A DNA stretch of 64,000 bases from Ascoidea asiatica JCM 7603. Its lineage: Eukaryota > Fungi > Ascomycota. The stretch is from assembly GCA_001600695.1 (NCBI GenBank), contig BCKQ01000002.1:2298151-2362150 (forward strand), given 5' to 3'. A model generated the notes under the pieces. That model had not been told where the DNA came from, made no database searches, and saw only the letters and a program-made list of their open reading frames with translations. Of this stretch, positions 45,801-55,148 are shown in pieces (the stretch's first letter is position 1; each line of letters starts with the position of its first letter). A program made the position numbers and the translations under genes.

Positions 45801-46817
45801 AAACTTTGGGGACGTAAAATAGTTGAAGTTACATCTGTGGAACCTGATTTCATAAGTCAATTACAAGACAATAAAGGAGAAGTTAAACAATTTGCATGGA
45901 TTAAAGGTCAATTATTAGGTAGAGGAGCTCATGGAGAAGTTTATTTAGCATTCAATGTTACAACATGTGAAATGATGGCAGTTAAACAAGTTGAATTTCA
46001 AAACAATTTTTGTGCAACCGAAAATATAAAACAAAGTATTGGAGCATTGCATTCTGAAGTGGAAGCAATGAAAGATTTAGATCATTTAAATGTTGTTCAA
46101 TATTTAGGATTTGAGCAAGTTGGTAATAGATATAGCTTATTTCTTGAATATGTTGGAGGTGGATCTGTTGGATCTTGTATTCGAAAATATGGTAGATTTG
46201 AAGAATCAGTTATAAGGTTCTTAACAAGACAAATTTTAGAAGGATTATCATATTTACATTCTCGTGGTATACTTCATAGAGATCTAAAAGCGGATAATCT
46301 ATTATTAGATTTAGATGGAATCTGTAAAATTTCAGATTTTGGTATATCTAAAAGAAGTGCTGATATCTATTCAAATGATACAGAAATGTCAATGCAAGGT
46401 ACAATATTTTGGATGGCACCAGAAGTTGTTGATAGTGTTGTTCAAAATAAAAAATTAGGATATAGTGCCAAAGTAGACATTTGGTCATTAGGATGTGTTG
46501 TACTTGAAATGTTTGCAGGACGTAGACCATGGTCAAACAGTGAAGCAGTAAGCGCACTTTATAATTTAGGCAAAAGAAGACAAGCACCACCAATACCCGA
46601 AGATGCAAGAAATAATATGTCAGAAGAAGGATTTGAATTTTTAAGAGAATGTTTTCAAAGTGATCCTGAAAAAAGGCCTACTGCAAAAACATTATTGAAA
46701 AATAAATTTTGTGATATTAAGACACAATTTCATTTTGATAGTACAAAACTTGCAGGAATGATAAAATTGAATAATAAGAGTATAAATGATAATTTTAAGA
46801 AAAAACATCAATTATGA
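39804..46817 (+). CDS. BCK1: Cell-wall-integrity MAP kinase kinase kinase (2337 aa)
   Basis: SAM-like WTVDRIHKWL; WSFRPPAEVVYDNLEKFFP; LRRRSTKLWG; C-terminal STE11-family kinase with FAWIKGQLLGRG, HRDLKADN and SMQGTIFWMAPE. Confidence 0.93.
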   Translation: MNQKRDQNHNSYGKHHNSIRNNNSDNPSQKESLPNFLVNEIPVLDKSKNFYIRNPRNSFLLNTNESPYPSMEKSKSNINNNISNSNSNNNISSSNSISINNNKQKSKISRDSKRSQSLMVNESNLLKKRNYCEFTSYNSPSQPSNFIINNNNNINNSNVINHQKRFSSFPMGSNSSTLTVNSNNSNNNSNNSSAPSIHHELRLRKSSPNFFSTAQQHAQQESYQQSIQQFQDQIVPVIQPQYQYQNQYQNQYQNPFQNQFQHSHNNSGLSDSSNNHLSETSINSPKFIISNIHNNPSIQDFSPNYSPFNSPLHSYSGSTSSAISKSISPLRTFTSNDTNNTSPNFSSNNPGGSVCDLRSPSLNLSFHTANSSLTSLIQSQSQSQIQTPIISTTPTRSYNNINRNQIQDLSFLDPKFPINHQIIDNKIDKRIDKKSDKKIDKKIDSNPSSKPSSKNSLETNSKIDSKVDSPNELKINLNNNVTNNVTDNISNNISNYISDSITNDITNDTKNNSQNDLKDKNDLLNLMDLGEILDMDEFSKNDLFSDIDEDINFNSNNDDNDNKSNKQNNSTKSDISAHLPIPKDLNNNGFNDEIRLPRIESMEAIRTPYHSLSFQSISNQNQNQNSNSNSNIINKFNPISTLDPLKMSYNNSNSSTNLEVSKNEDNENNYNDNEDENDESVKFNPHLRLHTPSKSISRNQSSECLSQDQKILDSDQLQNSNKVNSKNAIIDENNESTEYNEKIEKNETEVNDQFSFSSFTPPSTKQLDPNYSDSLKESSGTDSSNGSFNISVRHKKSTDSFSFSNMSSRSSLQQISKIKKNDINNKELLSQNQNFDHNNNKSIKKSENENISFNESNVDTLEEEVFKPVFKNNKSVQPGTRLQRHSIIQQRMSVKRHRRSDSSSIINWAVNDPLQWTVDRIHKWLDLNEFDIGWKEFFFINNITKEKFLDLSNYETMKDMIESYEKKSLSSDGKVPKLKGSSNFFFTLRKTLEKGNSSHDNPSSSSNTPIDKIHSINSSLGSLEPQNKETSLLPKSSKINIETKLIDTDFQQNQIKTKNIKQEEFIASKKSNTSVKDSKYKNSQRPFSTIETLKYKTPGSGSSNSPSSPYSNFFKKHSKNESSILNSLFTQSSTANAQFHQLSATSSMDDSKSKLDSSEMKRGLLTKLRKREKTRTFEGPSKRLSFDESPTSPISLNTPFEVKRDKEFAHKSERTSIVSHLLLKDCHIAKPRPDKSNNYILVTKDNIHFVPLSDTKVKTLAKFKESVSEVLDFSPSNMDMLTFHMTDFGCDRGEVLDEEILENLVNFDFLDYKIKIYAQLDLPVPTELSASSTRSSDTNSFEVTENDDRIYPATPQNYYLTNPEIAEDSHVDYINFKEISKKLTAQEKNAQEDFTLDSTPTLNDNEQRNNLERIKSNISSNPRPPLEEKKSFNVNNVLKPNFDQKTFSLIRNTRREINFDTKRDSPYQNTTVPNLVAKRPPPPPPALGRSPSYLLKSSSSVRLKKTPPPPISVPKPGVYIESKAVTPIPEEFSADVSKKQSDYRFNRQVNVKNTLTKSCSLIRGSTIKDKTGRRMSRRQSSLLSISSNRSLLQDINRQNTQNIRKEASSVFQENPVSFDDAPGFEEEDQNSDSSDDFWAMAPKVPSSSSHPSLVSSDSNTTLTFLRDSNINEENSRINNSKDAFKENSSLANDLLTRNVPSFTSGEVTLNDLKHNAKGNNNSNNISTKSIGSGIDGNNNSNHNSGIDNTSGNNRIKHNTKNIIINGNNNTFDKTNNYSNNVKYLNNNNLNKFSQLNNMNKMKNMNVNGVVTSMENWSFRPPAEVVYDNLEKFFPNTNLDQPIMGDVFISPVSPIAETCETSLPSPLENSESMRTITAKSKVQFSEEVEKLKNSEEKNKEKIKEKDEIPNNNEVKKLNENSEANKDSITNAHRNSTESLVGDDECIAIPSEFQGSRKLSRKRMTTIRALAKEAIELRRKFSQQTSNSGNKSSALLRRRSTKLWGRKIVEVTSVEPDFISQLQDNKGEVKQFAWIKGQLLGRGAHGEVYLAFNVTTCEMMAVKQVEFQNNFCATENIKQSIGALHSEVEAMKDLDHLNVVQYLGFEQVGNRYSLFLEYVGGGSVGSCIRKYGRFEESVIRFLTRQILEGLSYLHSRGILHRDLKADNLLLDLDGICKISDFGISKRSADIYSNDTEMSMQGTIFWMAPEVVDSVVQNKKLGYSAKVDIWSLGCVVLEMFAGRRPWSNSEAVSALYNLGKRRQAPPIPEDARNNMSEEGFEFLRECFQSDPEKRPTAKTLLKNKFCDIKTQFHFDSTKLAGMIKLNNKSINDNFKKKHQL

Positions 46818-47100
46818 GAAAAATTTAGATAGATTGAAAAAGTTTATAGTTAAGGATTTTTTTTTGGTATTGACAAATGATTTAGTTCATTACCGTATTA
46901 TATAGCTTGATTATTAGAAATAATTAGAATAACTTTTATGGGATAAAACTGTAGTAGAAAAAATAGAGTTTATTATTAAATAAGATGATCATTAAAAAAA
47001 ACTGAAGAAAATCAGAGTAAAAAGATGTAGTAAATATGAAGTGAATCTGAATTAAAGCGAGTTAGTAGGACTTGATTTCGATGATAAAAAATCGACAGCA

Positions 47101-47503
47101 TCAAAAAGATTTTCATAATTGATTAAGTATAATCAAATATTTTTTTTTCAATTGTACTCTTTTAGGATGATAGAACATAGATTTGTATCTTTGAAGAGAC
47201 AAATTAAATAAGCTTCAACAACTTTTTGTAGAATACCAATTGCACAAAATTGAAATCTTAAATCAGCTTTATAATATTGAGCAATTTCTCTTTGACTACT
47301 CTTTGAAAAGGTGATTTCCCAGTTGATAACTCAGTTGATTTTAAAATATTCTGACTTCTCTAAAGGTAACACTGCCAAGCTTATATCCCCAAGACTTTTT
47401 GAGTTTTCCAGTGATTAGAGCTGATTTTCTTGCTGTTTTGAAGCATTTTGTTTTCTAGGAGCTTTTCAGATAATTTTCTCGCTGCTTATTTGGTACGACC
47501 CAT
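47101..47503 (-). pseudogene. Histone H3 pseudogene (nonsense codons and several frameshifts)
   Basis: Gapped translation: [115 protein letters not shown]. It is colinear with histone H3 over almost its full length; the 3' boundary is approximate. Confidence 0.93.
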
Positions 47504-48225
47504 TTTCAAAAACTGATTTCAATTTAGTTAACCAATATTGGCTCAATTTGAATGTAGTGATTTAAATACAGTAAATAATTTGTTGGATACAATGTAATTG
47601 ATAGAAAAAAATTCAATCAAAAAATTCAATAGTAAGAAAAATGGATAATATTTCGATATTTTTTTAGCTCTGATTCAATATTTTCCGAGTAGAATAATAG
47701 TAAAGATCACTGATAAGAATTAAAGAATATGACAGTGATAATTATCAAAAACCCTTTCACAAAAAGATATCTTAAACCTTATTAATCCTTTATATTGAAT
47801 CATTTTTTAATCAGTTATTCTTGGGTAAATCCAACACTTCTGATAAAAAAATATCTTTTACTAAAAAAAAGCTCATGCTCTCAAGAACCACTAAAAATAC
47901 TCCAAGAATGGTAAAAGTAAAAAAAAAACGGAAACCAAATCCACATTTACGGTACTTCTAGAAAAAAAAGGGGTACCATATATCTGGAGTTAAATATCAC
48001 GGGACTAGAATGTAAATTGAAACCCCTTTAGAAAGGAACCAAGAATATTGTTTTGTCTGAAATATCATTTATTATTTCATATACAAAACATATAAAGCTG
48101 ATATTATTTTTGAAAGTTTATTAATGATTTACCCATTGTGTTTATTAAAAGTACCAACTACATGGTTTTTGAATCAAGTAAATAGTGATCTTAAATGATG
48201 TAAGCATCTGCTCAAATTCTTAGAA

Positions 48226-51200
48226 TCAAATAACCCAAGACTCAGTCCAATCAAACATTTCAGAAGTAACTTTACTGGCAATTTCATAACTAAACTTAAT
48301 TCTTAATTTCAATTTTGATCCAACTTTACCATTGATTTTTAAATCTTGTTTTAAAAAATCATTTTTATTAATTGTTGCTGAGCTTAGTTGTCCCATTATT
48401 AATTTTTGAGATTTAGCAACTGCAAATAATAAATTAATATTACTAACTATTCCTGAACTTGAAATTTTATTAATTAAATAAATATCTAAATTTGCCTGTC
48501 CATTTCCAATACTTTTACAGAATAATTTCATTATAATATCATTATTAGTGAAAATTGTTTTATACAATGGATTAGTCATTATTTCTTCATAAAGTTTTTT
48601 GTTTTCATCAACTTCAGTAACGTTAATTGGATTGATTGTACTAATTGGATTAATTGGATTAATAGAATTAAGAGTATTGAGACTACTGATTGGATTAACA
48701 TTAGTAGATTGAGTATTTGAAGGCTGTGAGAATAAGTCAAGTATTGCATTATTTCCTGTTTTACTACTATCTGAGTTTATATTTGAAGTAGTGGTACTTG
48801 TACCAAATATATCTGATAATAAATCAACATTATTTTTAGAAGTCTGAGAATCTTCAATATTTGAATTTGGTTCACCATCATCCATAAGATCTAATAATAA
48901 ATCTGAAGTTGTAGTGACTCCATTATCTTTTTTACCATTTAATGAATTATGCTTATTATTACTATTACTATTATTATTGTTTTTATTACCTACTAGATCA
49001 ATATCACTTGAATTTGTTAAAGAAACTTTACCAATATCATTAATTGGAGGTGGGGGAATATTTTCAAGAACTCCAGAATTATTTGATAAATCATTTAATT
49101 TCATAATTTCACCAAATTCAACAGCTTTTATTTGTAAATTAATATTAATATTATGATCAAAAGAATCAATAATTTCTTTTAAATATGTAGTGTCAATAAC
49201 TTTTGATAATTTTAAGGTACAAGTTAATAAATAAGATTTAACTAATTGATTATTGACATTTGAGTTGATTTTTTTTAAATAATTTAAAATTACATCTTGA
49301 TCAATAATTTTTGAAGTTGATTGTAAATTTGAATTAATAATTAAATTTGAAAATTCTCCAAGACACCAAATATTAATTAAAGTTAAACCAACATTATAAA
49401 TATTTTCATAAGCCATATTAAAAATTTGATTCAAAGTATCTTTAATTAATAAATTATTATTTTCAAAATCCAGATTAACATTTGAAATTTTACCAATATT
49501 GATTTCATTATTATTTGCAATATTTGAAATTACACTTAAAATAAATGATAAAATATCATTTGTGATATAATTACCTGTTAAATTTAAAATTATTATAAGA
49601 TATTTGAAAAAAAACTTTAAATTTGGTGAATAATTTCTTAAAATAATCATTAATTTATTTGTTATAAAAAATTTTAAATCTAAATCATTTAAAGATGAAA
49701 AACCTAAAGGTGTATTTGAAACAGAAACAGAAACTTGATTTGAATTTGAAACAGAATTTGAATAATCATAATTATTGAATAATTGACTTGAATTAATATT
49801 AAAAGAATTTAAATTTGTTTGTAAATTATAAGTGAAACTATTAAATTCATTTAAATTATTATTCATTATTGATAAATTTTTATTATTATTATTACTATTA
49901 CCATTATAATCAGTTATCATTAAGTTATTTAAAAATTTAACTAATTCTTTAATTAAGGATCTAATATTATTTTCATCTAAAATTTCAAAAATTAATTCTA
50001 AAGCTCTTCTTTTTATTGAAATATCAGTATCCATTAAACAATTTACAATTATTGATTGATGTCTTTGAACAGTTAATGGTTCTAATTCTACAACAGTTAA
50101 TAAAGTATTTAATGAAATATATTTAATATTATTATCTTTTAAAGTTAAAAATTTACCTAATAAATTTATACCTAAAATTTTTAAAGAGCTATTGTTATTA
50201 TTGTTCTTATTATTATTCTTGATATTTTTATTATTACTATTGGAGCTATTATTATCTGATAAAGAACCAGAAGAATTTAATTTGAAAATTGATTTAACAA
50301 CTTCATATAGAATTAAATTTGCAGAATTTTTACCAATTTCAACATTTGAACCAATTTGAGTTAATAAATCATTAAAAGAATCAATATTTCTATTAATAAA
50401 TAATTGAATATTTGAATTTTTTGAATTAAAAATAATTGAATTTGGAGTTGTAATAATTAAAGAAATTGTTTTTAATAAAGAAACTTGTAAAAAAGGATCT
50501 GAGATTCCAAGTACATCATATTCAGGATTATAACCAATTGAAGATAAATTTTTTAGAATTATTAATAATTTTGGTAAATAATTTTCAAAAAGATCTAATT
50601 TTATAGAATTATTACCATAAATGTAAAAAGTTTTGATTAATTGGCAAGCTGTTAAAAGTATTGAATGATTTCTTTCATTAATATTTGTTAATGAAGGTAA
50701 TTTCTCATAAAAAATTTCAATTAAATCAGGATTTTTTTCAATTAATTTTGAAGTGACTAAAATTGCTTTTTTTTTAAGATAATAATTATTTGAATTTGAA
50801 TTTGAATTATTTAAAATATTTAAAACATCTTGATAAATATCATTTGATAAATCAAAAGAAGCAATATTACCAACAGTTGATAAAGCTAAAGCAGTAATAA
50901 ATTGATTTGGATGATTTAAATCAATATTTAAAGAATTTGTTAATAAAGTTAAAATTTCTTGATTTTCATCTAATAAAAGCATTGAAGCTAAATAACCTAA
51001 TCTTTTATCAATAAAATTTGAAGATGCTAATAATTTTATACATTCAATTTGACCAAAATGAGTTTTTTCACCAAGAATATATAGGTAAAGTAATTTTGAA
51101 ATATTTTCACGTCTTTTATTATTTGATAAATTGACATTTTTAAAAGAAGTTCTAATTGCAGCAGATTCTTTTCTAATTGTTGCTCTTTCATCAGCTATTG

Positions 51201-51246
51201 TTTTTGCATATCTTACTGATTTTATAAAAGATTTTAATGAAGTCAT
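48226..51246 (-). CDS. APL4: AP-1 adaptor complex gamma-adaptin
   Basis: MTSLKSFIKSVRYAKTIADER..IRKESAAIRTSF, THFGQIECIKLL, PEYDVLGISDPFLQV, DISIKRRALEL; C-terminal ear AVAKSQKL. Confidence 0.96.
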   Translation of the reverse strand: MTSLKSFIKSVRYAKTIADERATIRKESAAIRTSFKNVNLSNNKRRENISKLLYLYILGEKTHFGQIECIKLLASSNFIDKRLGYLASMLLLDENQEILTLLTNSLNIDLNHPNQFITALALSTVGNIASFDLSNDIYQDVLNILNNSNSNSNNYYLKKKAILVTSKLIEKNPDLIEIFYEKLPSLTNINERNHSILLTACQLIKTFYIYGNNSIKLDLFENYLPKLLIILKNLSSIGYNPEYDVLGISDPFLQVSLLKTISLIITTPNSIIFNSKNSNIQLFINRNIDSFNDLLTQIGSNVEIGKNSANLILYEVVKSIFKLNSSGSLSDNNSSNSNNKNIKNNNKNNNNNSSLKILGINLLGKFLTLKDNNIKYISLNTLLTVVELEPLTVQRHQSIIVNCLMDTDISIKRRALELIFEILDENNIRSLIKELVKFLNNLMITDYNGNSNNNNKNLSIMNNNLNEFNSFTYNLQTNLNSFNINSSQLFNNYDYSNSVSNSNQVSVSVSNTPLGFSSLNDLDLKFFITNKLMIILRNYSPNLKFFFKYLIIILNLTGNYITNDILSFILSVISNIANNNEINIGKISNVNLDFENNNLLIKDTLNQIFNMAYENIYNVGLTLINIWCLGEFSNLIINSNLQSTSKIIDQDVILNYLKKINSNVNNQLVKSYLLTCTLKLSKVIDTTYLKEIIDSFDHNININLQIKAVEFGEIMKLNDLSNNSGVLENIPPPPINDIGKVSLTNSSDIDLVGNKNNNNSNSNNKHNSLNGKKDNGVTTTSDLLLDLMDDGEPNSNIEDSQTSKNNVDLLSDIFGTSTTTSNINSDSSKTGNNAILDLFSQPSNTQSTNVNPISSLNTLNSINPINPISTINPINVTEVDENKKLYEEIMTNPLYKTIFTNNDIIMKLFCKSIGNGQANLDIYLINKISSSGIVSNINLLFAVAKSQKLIMGQLSSATINKNDFLKQDLKINGKVGSKLKLRIKFSYEIASKVTSEMFDWTESWVI

Positions 51247-51574
51247 TTTGAGGAATTTGATGAATTTGATGAATTTGATGAATTTAGATAACTTTCATTA
51301 CTTTTATAAGTATGCTTTCATTCTATATTTTTTGAAAAATATATATGTTTAATTAATTGAGTATTATTAGCAATTACTTGAATAAATTCTATTTATTTAA
51401 TTATTTTATTTATTCATTTCATTTTTATTCAGATCAACAACAACTAAAATAACGTTAGTTATCAATCAGCCTTTTCACCATAAACTATCTGGCTCAATCT
51501 CAAAGCATTCAATCGGCAATTCAGATTTGTTAACAACAAATCAGTTTCAACGGTACAACCAGACAGTAATTACC

Positions 51575-52070
51575 AAATACGGCTATTCCGGTCAAATAAA
51601 GACAAAATCACGAGTAAAATAGGACAAGCCTCGGAAATTATTTAAATTGTCACATGATTTATTGTAGCCATAAATGGGGTACTTGTTTTTTAGTTTATCC
51701 GAAATATAATTTTGGAACAATACCAGAATTCCGGGCCTTTTGTTTGTTCCGCATTTCAGGACCGAAATTTCCCGAAGAATTTGGTAATTCGGAGATAAGC
51801 GCCATACTAAATGACTAAATAAACATGAGAATATGAATATAAGAAAATGAATATGAATAAATATGAAAAGGTAATTGTGAAATATTTCTTTGTTTTGTTT
51901 TTGATAATGTAATCATCAGTCAATGTCAAATATATTCAGATTGATCTTCAGATAGCCACTCGTTGTCATGGTGGTTCCCCAGGAAGACTTTTCCCCAGAT
52001 TAATATTCGTTTTATTCGTTTTATCCTCATTTTCAGTCTAAAATCTATCCAGAGTTTACTTGGGGTAAGC
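51575..52070. promoter_or_regulatory. Beta-glucosidase promoter: CGG/CCG cluster plus Mig1/CreA-type sites
   Basis: Many CGG/CCG triplets at 51580-51795. CCCCAGATTAAT at 51993-52004 is an AT box plus CTGGGG on the minus strand; another CCCCAG lies at 51977. Confidence 0.55.
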
Positions 52071-52355
52071 ATTTATCCATTTTTTAAAAAGAAAAACCGA
52101 GTTTTCATCACATTTTTGTTCACTTTGAGGAGACAATAATCTTTTAGTATTCAAAAATGAATATAATTATCTTGTTAACTCCGAATTGAAAATATATATA
52201 AACTGATATAAAATATCCCGAAATAATCATACAATTCATATCCAAATTATTATTTTATTCTTCTCATACATTTTTATTGATTCAACTTGATAATAATAAT
52301 AAAAATTTATAATAAATAACTATACTCCCATTATAACAAATAATACTATTCAATA

Positions 52356-54887
52356 ATGGAAATTTTAGACGAAAATGAAATTGACGAAATTGTAAGTCAA
52401 TTAACTTTATCTGAAAAGGCAAAATTAATTTCAGGTAAAGATTTTTGGCATACATATCCAATTCCAAGATTAAATTTACCTTCAATTAGAATGTCTGATG
52501 GTCCAAATGGTGTAAGAGGTACAAAATTCTTTAATGGTGTTCCAGCTGCATGTTTTCCATGTGGTACTTCATTAGGTTCAACTTTTAATAAAGATTTATT
52601 AAAAGAAACTGGGAAATTGATGGGTGTTGAATCAAAACATAAAGGTGCTCATATAATCTTAGGTCCAACTATTAATATCCAAAGAGGTCCAAATGGTGGT
52701 AGGGGTTTTGAATCTTTCAGTGAAGATCCAATTTTATCTGGTTTATTAGCTTCCGAAATTATTAATGGTATTCAATCAAAAAAAATCATCTCATGTATAA
52801 AACATTTTGTTTGTAATGATTTTGAAGATCAAAGAAGAACTGTCAATTCAATTGTTACTGAAAGAGCTTTTAGAGAAATTTATTTAAAACCTTTTCAATT
52901 AGCTTTAAAATATTCAGATCCATTGGCACTTATGACTTCATATAATAAAGTGAATGGTATTCATTGCTCTCAAAATTATTATTTATTAAATGATATTTTA
53001 AGAGATGAGTGGAATTATGATGGTACTATAATGTCAGATTGGACTGGCTGTTATGATCTTAAAGATTCAATTAATAATGGTTTAGATATTGAAATGCCAG
53101 GTTCTGCAATGATTAGAATTCCAAGTTTAGTTGAAAATGCAATTCAAACAAAAGAAGTTCCAATAAAATCTTTAGATTCAAGAGTCAAAAATGTTATTAA
53201 ATTAATAAAAAGATGTGATTTAGATTCAATTAAAGAAAATGCTCCAGAAGATACAAAAAATAATACTCCTGAAACTTCAGAATTTTTGAAAAATTTAGCA
53301 AATGAAGGTACTGTTTTATTAAAAAATAATGATAATATTTTACCAATTAAAAAAAATAGTGAATCAATTGCAGTTATTGGTCCAAATGCTAAAACTTGTA
53401 CATATTGTGGCGGTGGTTCAGCTTCTTTAAAACCATATTATAAAACAACTCCATTTAATTCAATTTCAAAAAAATTAGATTCAAATCATAAACCTTTATA
53501 TTCAACTGGTTGTTATTCTTTTAAAATGCAACCTGCTTTAGGTGATCAATTAATTAATCCAATTACAGGAGAAAAAGGTTATAATGTTAAATGGTATTAT
53601 AAATCAAAAGAAACTCCTTTAAAGGAAAGAGAATACTTTTTTGAAAATAATTTAATTGAATCTTCTCCATTTTTTGTTGATTTTTATGAACCTAAAAAAA
53701 GTGAATTTTATGGTGATATTACTGGTATTTTTATTCCTGATGAAGATGGTATTTATGAATTCGGTTTAGCTGTATCAGGTACTGGTTTATTATATGTTAA
53801 TGATACTTTAGTTGTTGACAATAAAACAAATCAAACACTTGGTCAAGGTAGTATCATTGGAGGTTCAACCATTGAAGAAATAGGATCAATTGAATTGAAA
53901 AAAGGAATTGAATATAATGTAAAAATCTATTATGGAAGTTTTGTAACTTCAGAACTTTCAAAAACAAATTCATTTCCTTTTATGCGTGGTGGTTTCAATA
54001 TTGGATGTTCTAAAAAAATTGATGAAAATAAAGAAATTGAAAAAGCTTGTGAAATTGCAAAATCTGTTGATAAAGTAATTCTTGTTATTGGTTTAAATCA
54101 AGAATATGAATCTGAAGGTTTTGATAGAAAAAATTTAAAATATCCTGGTAGAATAAATGAATTAGTTTCAAAAGTTGCAAAAGCAAATCCAAATATTATT
54201 GTCATTAATCAATCAGGTACACCAATGGAAATGCCTTGGATTAATGAAGTCAAAGGTTTAATTCAATCTTGGTTTAATGGTATTGAATTAGGTAACTCTC
54301 TTGCTGATATAATCTTTGGAGATTATAATCCTTCAGGAAAATTATCTTTAACTTTCCCTAAAAAATTTGAAGATAATCCAGCATATTTAAATTTCAAGTC
54401 AACGCACGGAGATTGTATTTATGGAGAAGATGTATATGTTGGTTATAAATATTATGAGAAATTGAATAAAGAAGTTTTATTTCCTTTTGGTTATGGTTTA
54501 TCTTATACCGAATTTGAATTTGGTGAATTAAAAAGTATAATTGATTCAAAAAATAATAAAATTTCAATTACTTTGAATGTAAAAAATATTGGAAAAGTTG
54601 ATGGATCAGAGGTTATTCAAGTTTATATTGGTAACAATGATTCTGATACTATGAAGCCAATTAAAGAACTAAGAGATTTCACAAAAGTCTTTATTAAAGC
54701 CGGAGAATCAAAAGAAGTTGAAATTGACTTGGATTATAAATATGCTTTATCATATTGGGATAATGATAAAGAAAAATGGAGTATTGAAAAAGGAGATTAT
54801 GAAATATTAGTTGGTAATAGTTCAGATAATATTGTATTATCTGAAAAATTTACAGTAAAAGATGCATTATTTTGGACAGGACTTTAA
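52356..54887 (+). CDS. Intracellular GH3 beta-glucosidase with PA14 insertion and Fn3-like C-terminus
   Basis: SDGPNGVRG, GGRGFESFSEDP, KHFVCND, nucleophile motif IMSDW, ESEGFDR, FPFGYGLSYT; no signal peptide. Confidence 0.95.
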   Translation: MEILDENEIDEIVSQLTLSEKAKLISGKDFWHTYPIPRLNLPSIRMSDGPNGVRGTKFFNGVPAACFPCGTSLGSTFNKDLLKETGKLMGVESKHKGAHIILGPTINIQRGPNGGRGFESFSEDPILSGLLASEIINGIQSKKIISCIKHFVCNDFEDQRRTVNSIVTERAFREIYLKPFQLALKYSDPLALMTSYNKVNGIHCSQNYYLLNDILRDEWNYDGTIMSDWTGCYDLKDSINNGLDIEMPGSAMIRIPSLVENAIQTKEVPIKSLDSRVKNVIKLIKRCDLDSIKENAPEDTKNNTPETSEFLKNLANEGTVLLKNNDNILPIKKNSESIAVIGPNAKTCTYCGGGSASLKPYYKTTPFNSISKKLDSNHKPLYSTGCYSFKMQPALGDQLINPITGEKGYNVKWYYKSKETPLKEREYFFENNLIESSPFFVDFYEPKKSEFYGDITGIFIPDEDGIYEFGLAVSGTGLLYVNDTLVVDNKTNQTLGQGSIIGGSTIEEIGSIELKKGIEYNVKIYYGSFVTSELSKTNSFPFMRGGFNIGCSKKIDENKEIEKACEIAKSVDKVILVIGLNQEYESEGFDRKNLKYPGRINELVSKVAKANPNIIVINQSGTPMEMPWINEVKGLIQSWFNGIELGNSLADIIFGDYNPSGKLSLTFPKKFEDNPAYLNFKSTHGDCIYGEDVYVGYKYYEKLNKEVLFPFGYGLSYTEFEFGELKSIIDSKNNKISITLNVKNIGKVDGSEVIQVYIGNNDSDTMKPIKELRDFTKVFIKAGESKEVEIDLDYKYALSYWDNDKEKWSIEKGDYEILVGNSSDNIVLSEKFTVKDALFWTGL

Positions 54888-55148
54888 GTTCATGTTATAT
54901 TATTTTTTATAGTCTGTATTTATTCATACGTTAACAATTTTTATGCCTTTTTATTTTATTTATCTTCTTTTTTTCTAAAAAAAATATTATTTCATTTAAG
55001 TTTTACACTCTATTATTGTACTACTTTGTAATTAAAGATATAAAAAGAAAAGATCTTTGATGATCAGTTTTGAAAACCAATATGAATAAAAGAACATTTA
55101 TTGAAAAGAAATATGAGAGTTTAATAGAAGTTTTGAAAAATTATTGTA

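Noticed and set aside
47504-48225. Divergent histone H4 partner for the H3 pseudogene
   Set aside because: No SGRGKGGKGLG- or KRHRK-like coding trace was found on either strand by eye.
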